Assembly (NCBI GenBank): GCA_964479955.1
Contig: CAYZNK010000002.1
Coordinates: forward strand, 7,489 to 71,488
Length of the DNA: 64,000 bases
DNA from: an uncultured Candidatus Saccharibacteria bacterium
GTDB taxonomy: Bacteria > Patescibacteriota > Minisyncoccia > Minisyncoccales > Staskawiczbacteraceae
Direction of reading: 5' to 3'
The notes beneath the pieces were generated by a model, which saw only the letters and a list, made by a program, of their open reading frames with translations, was not told the origin of the DNA and did no database searches. This document shows, one piece after another, positions 7,840 through 14,500 of this stretch; within the stretch, counting starts at the first letter, position 1, and each line of letters starts with the position of its first letter. Made by a program: the position numbers and the translations under genes.

Positions 7840-8004
7840 ATCAGCCCTACTGTAAATTAAATTTTTGGTCTGCAAAATCAGAAAAGCTCCTCGTCTTATC
7901 TATTTTATTGATAAAACTCGTCGCTTTTCTGATTTTTCGCCGCAAATCTTTAATTTTCGCAACGGGCAATATTATTTTTCAGTCCCTGGGCCTGAAGAAA
8001 TAAT
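7840..8004. mobile_element. MITE-like long imperfect palindrome with a 17-bp flanking direct repeat
   Basis: gggcctgaagaaataat occurs at 7823-7839 and at 7988-8004. Between them are ~60-nt inverted arms sharing aataatat..aaattaaa..tttg..aaaatcagaaaagc. Confidence 0.6.
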
Positions 8005-8018
8005 CGTTTAATCTTCAA

Positions 8019-8055
8019 AACTAAAATCCGGCTTTCATAGCCGGGTTTTAGTTTG
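8019..8055 (+). terminator. rho-independent terminator
   Basis: aactaaaatccggct-ttcat-agccgggttttagtt followed by tg. Confidence 0.65.
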
Positions 8056-8067
8056 TATAATTAAAAA

Positions 8068-8967
8068 ATGAAAAGAAAATATATTTTTCTGTTTTTAGGA
8101 TTTTTATTTGTGATAAATATTTTTTGTTGGAAAGAAGTTTTTGTTTTAGCCCAAAGTAATAATTTGGAGATTTATTTTTTAAATGTGGGGCAAGGAGACT
8201 CTGCTTTTATTAAAACTCCGGAAAATCATCAAATCATAATTGACGGAGGTCCGACCTCCGTAGCCCTGGAGAAGATAGCAAAAATAATTCCATTTTGGGA
8301 TAAAACAATAGACTTGGTTATTTTAACCCACCCTGAAAAAGACCATATGCAGGGGCTGATGGATATTTTAAAAAGATACAAAGCAGACCATATTTTGGTT
8401 TCAGGGGTTTTAAAAGATTCGGAAGATTATAAAGAGTGGCAAAAAATTTTGCAAAACCAGAAAAACAGGGGAGCAGATGTTATATCAGTAAGGGCAGGAG
8501 ACAGAGCTGTTTTGGGAGACGCTTTAATAAAAATTTTGTATCCTTTGCAGGACTTTTCTGAAGTTAAAACAAATAAAAGCACCAATGAATCCTGTGTAGT
8601 TTCTGACCTGGTTTTTGGCACAAACTCATTTTTGTTTGCCGGAGACATCTCTGCAAAAAACGAAGCAGAAATTATTGCGGCCCCAAGAACCGCAATAACT
8701 GCTGATGTTTTAAAAATTGCGCACCACGGGTCAAAATATTCCACTTCCGAAGAATTTTTAAAGAACGTCGGGCCTGAATTTGCCATAATATCTGTTGGAA
8801 AAAATTCCTACGGCCATCCAACCCAGGAAACTTTGCAAAAATTGGAAAAATTTGGTATACAAGTATTAAGAACAGACACAGACGGCGATATAAAATTTGT
8901 GTCTGACGGTACAAATATTATTGTTAATCCCAAATCCCCAAACCCCAATGCCCAATCCGCTGACTGA
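8068..8967 (+). CDS. ComEC/Rec2-related metallo-beta-lactamase-fold protein (MBL domain only, N-terminal anchor)
   Basis: YFLNVGQGDSAFI, LTHPEKDHMQG and KIAHHGSKYS motifs, with an N-terminal hydrophobic helix. Confidence 0.8.
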   Translation: MKRKYIFLFLGFLFVINIFCWKEVFVLAQSNNLEIYFLNVGQGDSAFIKTPENHQIIIDGGPTSVALEKIAKIIPFWDKTIDLVILTHPEKDHMQGLMDILKRYKADHILVSGVLKDSEDYKEWQKILQNQKNRGADVISVRAGDRAVLGDALIKILYPLQDFSEVKTNKSTNESCVVSDLVFGTNSFLFAGDISAKNEAEIIAAPRTAITADVLKIAHHGSKYSTSEEFLKNVGPEFAIISVGKNSYGHPTQETLQKLEKFGIQVLRTDTDGDIKFVSDGTNIIVNPKSPNPNAQSAD

Positions 8968-9003
8968 CGGATATTTGAGATTTGGTATTTGGATTTTGGG
9001 ATT
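8926..9003. repeat. CCCAA-rich imperfect inverted repeat (IVS-like stem without cargo)
   Basis: aatcccaaatccccaaaccccaatgcccaatccg / loop ctgactga / cggatatttgagatttggtatttggattttgggatt. It shares caatgcccaa with the repeats around 17155-17535. Confidence 0.6.
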
Positions 9004-9010
9004 TTAAATT

Positions 9011-10099
9011 ATGAAGGATATAGAGTTTCCGGTTTTCAAAACAAAAATGCCGGAGTATAAAAAATTTGATTTAACAGACCCTGTCCAGAGGCAGGAGTAT
9101 TTTGAATATAAGGCAGGAGGCGAAATAAAAAGATTAAAAGAATATTTGGAAAAGAATACCTTTATTGTTTATCTGCTTGGCAAGAAAAGCTCTGGCAAGG
9201 GGACTTATGCAAAAATGTTTAAGGAGATTATAGCGCCTGATAAAATTGAGCATTTTTCAATAGGTGATATGATAAGGTCTTTTGATGAAGTTCTTAAAGA
9301 CCCTGTTAAAAAAGAAGAACTGATTGGGTTTTTGCAAAAAAAATACAGGGGCCCTATGCCTTTGCAAGATATTATAAAATCAATGGAAGAAAGGTCAACA
9401 AAAGTTCTTTTGCCCTCTGAATTGATTTTGGCATTGACAGAAAGAGAGATTTCAAAACTTGGCAAAAAGGCTATTTTTATTGACGGATTTCCAAGGGATA
9501 TGGACCAGGTTTCTTATTCTTTGTTTTTTAAGAGTCTTATTGATTACAGGGAAGACCCGGACATTTTTGTTATGATTGATGTCCCAACAAATGTCATTGA
9601 CCAAAGGGTAAAATCAAGGGTTATTTGTCCTATCTGTAATACATCAAGAAGCCTGAAGCTTTTACCGACAAAAAATGTTGAATATGATTTGGTAGATAAA
9701 AAATTTCATTTAATATGCGATAATTCAGCTTGTCCTTCTTTGCAATCAGGCAAAGGAGCAAGAATGATAACAAAAGAAGGAGATGAGTCGGGAATTGACC
9801 CAATAAGGCCAAGACTAGAAAAAGATGAAGTTTTGATGGGACAAATTTACAAAATGCACGGAATTAAGAAAGTGTTTTTAAGAAATTCAATTCCCGTAAG
9901 TCAAGTTAAAGAATATACGGATGATTATGAAATTACGCCAGAATTTTCTTATTTATGGGATGAAGAATCTAAAAAAGTTATAACATCAGAAAAACCATGG
10001 GAAGTCAAAGATGATGAAGGGGTTGATTGTAATAGCTTAATGCCGCCACCTGTTGTTGTGTCTTTGATAAAGCAATTAGTGAATGCTCTTGGCATATAA
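9011..10099 (+). CDS. adenylate-kinase-like NMP kinase paralogue with extended C-terminus
   Basis: P-loop GKKSSGKGT, FIDGFPRD, Cys-containing LID-like CPICN...C..SAC; 362 aa. The canonical adk is at 41789. Confidence 0.7.
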   Translation: MKDIEFPVFKTKMPEYKKFDLTDPVQRQEYFEYKAGGEIKRLKEYLEKNTFIVYLLGKKSSGKGTYAKMFKEIIAPDKIEHFSIGDMIRSFDEVLKDPVKKEELIGFLQKKYRGPMPLQDIIKSMEERSTKVLLPSELILALTEREISKLGKKAIFIDGFPRDMDQVSYSLFFKSLIDYREDPDIFVMIDVPTNVIDQRVKSRVICPICNTSRSLKLLPTKNVEYDLVDKKFHLICDNSACPSLQSGKGARMITKEGDESGIDPIRPRLEKDEVLMGQIYKMHGIKKVFLRNSIPVSQVKEYTDDYEITPEFSYLWDEESKKVITSEKPWEVKDDEGVDCNSLMPPPVVVSLIKQLVNALGI

Positions 10100-10103
10100 A
10101 AAG

Positions 10104-10130
10104 TTTGTGGGGTGTCGGAGACCCCACAAA
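10104..10130. repeat. REP hairpin
   Basis: tttgtggggtgtcggagaccccacaaa. Confidence 0.8.
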
Positions 10131-10260
10131 ATCTTGACCTGGTTTTAAAAAGATATAAAATAAAGATAGCTCTGATATTTTAAATTAGATTCTATACGAA
10201 CTTTTTTTATGGGAGTTTGATATTTTTTAAGGCCGTGGCCTTAAAATGAGAACACCCACC

Positions 10261-10423
10261 AGACCTGCTGTTTAATAATTTTTCGTAACGAAAATTGAAA
10301 GATTTGAAGCGAAAATTATAAAAAATGAGGAGGTTTATATATAATATAAGCCGACGAATTTTTGATAATTTGTAGCCAAATATTTCAATTTGCAGTAGAA
10401 AGAAATTATTAAACAGCAGGTCT
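10261..10423. mobile_element. MITE-like long palindrome, same family as 7840-8004
   Basis: Perfect 21-nt terminal inverted repeat agacctgctgtttaataattt / aaattattaaacagcaggtct. The inner arms share aaattgaaaKatttg..aaattaTNaaaaat. Confidence 0.6.
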
Positions 10424-10569
10424 AATAATTTTGCTAGAAATCTAAAAAAATATTAGGGCAACAAAAAACAATTCGTTTAAGGCGAGTTGTTTTTTTGTTT
10501 TTAACTTTGCTTCCATGTTAAAATAAATAAAATAAGCGTGATTTTCATAATTAATACAACTAACCAGAG

Positions 10570-10595
10570 TTTGTGGGGTGTCCGGCACCCCACAA
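10570..10595. repeat. REP hairpin
   Basis: tttgtggggtgtccggcaccccacaa, immediately upstream of the RAYT gene. Confidence 0.8.
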
Positions 10596-10617
10596 CTAAA
10601 TAGTTTATTTTATAAAA

Positions 10618-11415
10618 ATGAAAATAAAACAGACACAATTAGTTAACAATGAAGTTTATCACATCATCTTAAGGGCAGTTGGCGATAGCTCTGTTTTTAA
10701 CGATCAGAATGACTATTATCGTGGTATTTTTTCCATCTACGAATTCAATAATTCGAAACCAACAGAAATATGGCTGAGGCGAATACAACGTAAAAAAGAG
10801 AAACTCCTTGAAAAACAGGAAGCATTGGGGTGTCCAGCATTGGGGTGTCCGACACCCCAACATTGTGCGACAAAAATAGTCATTGGGGTGTCGGACACCC
10901 CAATGACTAAAGAGGATGATAAGAGAGATAAATTTGTGGAGGTGTTGGCGTTTGCTTTTATGCCAAATCACATTCATTTGTTGCTTAAACAATTAAAAGA
11001 TTGTGGCATAAGTAAATTTATGCAAAAAGTTGGTGGAGGATATGCAAATTATTTTAATAAAAAATATAATCGCAAAGGGCATTTATTTAATAAGTTTAAA
11101 TCAGTTTATATCACTAATGATGACCAACTAAAAACAGTTTTTGCATATATTCACACAAATCCTTTATCTTTTGTGGAACCTAAATGGAAAGAAAATGGGA
11201 TTAAAGATGAAAATAAAGCAGTTAAATTTTTAGAAAAAGAATATAGGTGGTCAAGTCATTTTGATTATCTTGGCAAGAAAAATTTTCCGTCTGTGACCAA
11301 CAGAGATTTCCTTTCAGAAATAATGGGAGGAGAACAAGGATGCAGAGAAGCAATTAGGGATTGGATAAAATATAAAAAAGACATTAATAATTTTGGTGAT
11401 ATTATTTTAGAATAA
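10618..11415 (+). CDS. REP-associated tyrosine transposase (RAYT; IS200/IS605 TnpA-like Y1 HUH enzyme)
   Basis: YHIILRAV, HUH motif MPNHIHLLL and catalytic Tyr context AYIHTNP. REP hairpins flank it on both sides. Confidence 0.85.
   Translation: MKIKQTQLVNNEVYHIILRAVGDSSVFNDQNDYYRGIFSIYEFNNSKPTEIWLRRIQRKKEKLLEKQEALGCPALGCPTPQHCATKIVIGVSDTPMTKEDDKRDKFVEVLAFAFMPNHIHLLLKQLKDCGISKFMQKVGGGYANYFNKKYNRKGHLFNKFKSVYITNDDQLKTVFAYIHTNPLSFVEPKWKENGIKDENKAVKFLEKEYRWSSHFDYLGKKNFPSVTNRDFLSEIMGGEQGCREAIRDWIKYKKDINNFGDIILE
10823..10907. repeat. REPIN (inverted REP pair plus a partial third copy) embedded in-frame in the RAYT ORF
   Basis: cattggggtgtccag + cattggggtgtccgacaccccaa + cattgtgcgacaaaaatagt + cattggggtgtcggacaccccaatgac. 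It translates as ALGCPALGCPTPQHCATKIVIGVSDTPMT. Confidence 0.8.
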
Positions 11416-11422
11416 TTTAGCG

Positions 11423-11479
11423 GTCATTTTGCGGTCTCCGACACCGCAAGAATCTTGCGGTGTCGGAGACCGCAATGAC
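11423..11479. repeat. REPIN (inverted REP pair, GCGG class)
   Basis: ttgcggtctccgacaccgcaa-gaatc-ttgcggtgtcggagaccgcaa, flanked by gtcatt/aatgac. Confidence 0.8.
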
Positions 11480-11566
11480 TATTTGAAAGGGAAGTTATTC
11501 ACAGTGTTGACATCAAGAATTTATGATAAAATAAATAAAAATAGAAGTAGAAATTTAAAATTCTTA

Positions 11567-14500
11567 ATGCGATTAATGAGGGGAAATACCGCAAGAAAAA
11601 AAAGAGGAAAGAATTTTTCAAAACAAAAGTTCATTTTTTTGTTAAAATTTTTATTTCCTAAGAATATATTTTTATCACTGCTATCGGGGTTGGTCTGGGC
11701 CGGTTTGTTTTCTGTTGTTATCTATACTTTTGCAACTCCTCCCACAAGCCCCTATACATTGGGTGAAACTTTAAATCCATCTTGCGCTCCCGGATCAACA
11801 AATTGTACCGTCACCGAGCTTGCGGCTTATTCTTTTGGTTCTAATAATTTTTCAGGCACCGGAAATTTTGTAACAACAGGATCGGGATCATTTGGAAGTT
11901 TGGTTTTAACAACGTCAGCCTTGGAGGTTGGTTACGGAGGAACGGGCGTTGCGTCAATTGCGGCAGGTTCTGTTTTGGCGGCAAACACAGCCAATACGCT
12001 AACTGCAATAAATTCAACATCCGGAACCATGTATTTGAAGAATGTTGACGGAACAATCAGTTGGGGGGAAGTTTCATTAGGCTCTTATGTGCCGTACACT
12101 GGAGCAACATCAGATGTAAATTTGGGAGTAAATAATATTATTTCTTCAAAGTTAATTGGAGGTTCTGAAACTACTTCTGACCTTTCTCTTCAAACAACCT
12201 CAGGAATTGGAGCGACTGGAGCTGATATGCATTTTCTTGTTGGAAACAATGGTGGAACGGAAGCGATGACAATATTAAATTCTGGAGCAATAGGAATTGG
12301 AACAACCACACCACAAGTAAGCTTGCACAATAACGGTGACTTTATTACAAAGGGTCCATGGGCAGATGTCCGAGCTTATGGAGCAACCGGAGATGGAGTA
12401 ACCGATGATACTACGGCTGTTCAAGCTGCGTTGACCGCTTCACTAAATGTATATTTTCCCGCTGGAACATATTTGGTTTCAAATCTTACTGCCCAAACAG
12501 GTCAGCGTATTTTTGGAGATGGTACTCAGTCATCAATACGTTTTAAGGATGGGTCAACTGGATATCTGTTTGAATTATCTACTAAAGTGGTTCAATTTTC
12601 TAATCTTGACATAGACGGAGGAAGCAACACAGATAAATCTGCCACCGAATCAGCTGGAACACGCAGTGGTATTCACATGTCTTCAAACAATACTGGAAGC
12701 TCTATTCAAAACGTAGCCATTCACGGATTTGATAATATTGGTCTTGCATTTAATGGACTTGCTTCTCAGCCGGGATATGTAAACCCACCGGTAACAACAG
12801 GTGTAAGCGTTTATTATAATTACGTGGGTATAGATACTGGCGTAGGCGAAACTAATGGTGCTGAATATATGAGAATGTCTGATATTAATTCTTTTGGAAA
12901 TAGATATGGAATAATAATAAATTCTGGCAATATGACTTTTGCTGATTGTCATATCGATGGTAATGGTTATGGTGTTACCATTACAGACGCTTTTAACAAT
13001 GCTCATGGAACCATAGTTGGCAGTACTATAAACCACAATTTGTTATACGGTTTTTATATTGATGGAGCAAGTAATGGTTTTTCTATTACCGGTAACCAAA
13101 ATTATTACAGCAATGTTTATGTTAAAGATTCAACAGGAATTAATTTTAGAGGAAATACTTTTGGATCTTCAACTTTTACTTTTAGTGGAGGTGGTGTTAA
13201 TATGCTTGAAGGAAATTATTTTGTTTCTACACCATCTTTTTCAAGAACAAACGACAATTTTATAATTTCAGATAATTATACGGGCTCAAGTCCAACGTCT
13301 GTTAGCTCTGGTTTACAAATATATTCCGGACTTGGTTCAGTAAAAGCTTCGGCATTATCAACCTATGCTGCGCCAGTAAATATTGTTACGCCTAATCCAT
13401 TTAGTGGTACATCTACAGCTAATTCGGTTCCAAGTTTAGCAAGCAACGTTGCTATTACCACAAGTGATGCTTGGGGCAAAGATATTGGTGGTGTTTTAGG
13501 ATTGGGCGGGCAATATAATACAGCAGTAACATATCCACAGGTTATTTTTGGAGCATTAAGAGGAGGTAAAAGTACTGTTACAGATGGCGATATGGCCGGT
13601 TATTTAGGAATTTATACAAATAGCGGATCTGCTCTTTCTGAAGTAGCTAGATTTGATAACAATGGTTATCTTGGCATTGGCGTGGAAGCCCCATCGCAAG
13701 AGCTGGATGTTGTTGGCGATATTGAGCTTGAAGACACAACCTCAGATGACACCGGCGTTATCTACAAAGGAGCAAACAGGTTTTTACATAACTTCCATCA
13801 CCCGACTGGAAGCACTGCTGTGCCTACGGGTCAGAATACCTTTGTAGGCGAAGGAGCTGGAAATTTTACAATGGGAAGTACGGCAACAGAGACTTATCAC
13901 GGAAGTTATAATACTGGTGTAGGTTATCAAGCATTACAAGCCAATACCACAGGATTCTACAACACAGCGAATGGTGTGTCTGCCCTCTACTCCAATACCA
14001 CAGGAAGTTACAACGTTGCGAATGGCTCTAATGCCCTCCGCATGAACACCACAGGAAGTTACAACACAGCGAATGGTGTGTCTGCCCTCTCCTCCAATAC
14101 CACAGGAAGCTACAACACAGCGAATGGTGTGTCTGCCCTCTCCTCCAATACCACAGGAAGCTACAACACAGCGAATGGTGTGTCTGCCCTCCGCTTAAAC
14201 ACCACAGGAAACTCCAACACAGCGAATGGTATGAATGCCCTTTTTTCCAACAAAACAGGCTCTAATGGTGTGGCTATTGGGACTGAATCACAATACTATG
14301 CTAATGACACCTTAACCCCGTGGACAAACTACAACACCTCAGTTGGGTATCAGGCTTTAAGGGGTTCTACCACCGCCGCCGACAACACCGGCAACTACAA
14401 CACAGCGTTGGGATATCAGTCTCTGCTTAACATTACAACAGGAAGCCATAATACAGCAGTAGGGTATATGGCAGGATACTACATTGCAGGCGGAGCAGTA

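Noticed and set aside
11429-11566. The ORF-track start at 11429 for the giant protein.
   Set aside because: The first ~46 codons are a translation of the REPIN hairpins (…SPTPQESCGVGDRND…) and AT-rich spacer. ATG 11567 precedes the Lys-rich/TM N-terminus and is the more plausible start.
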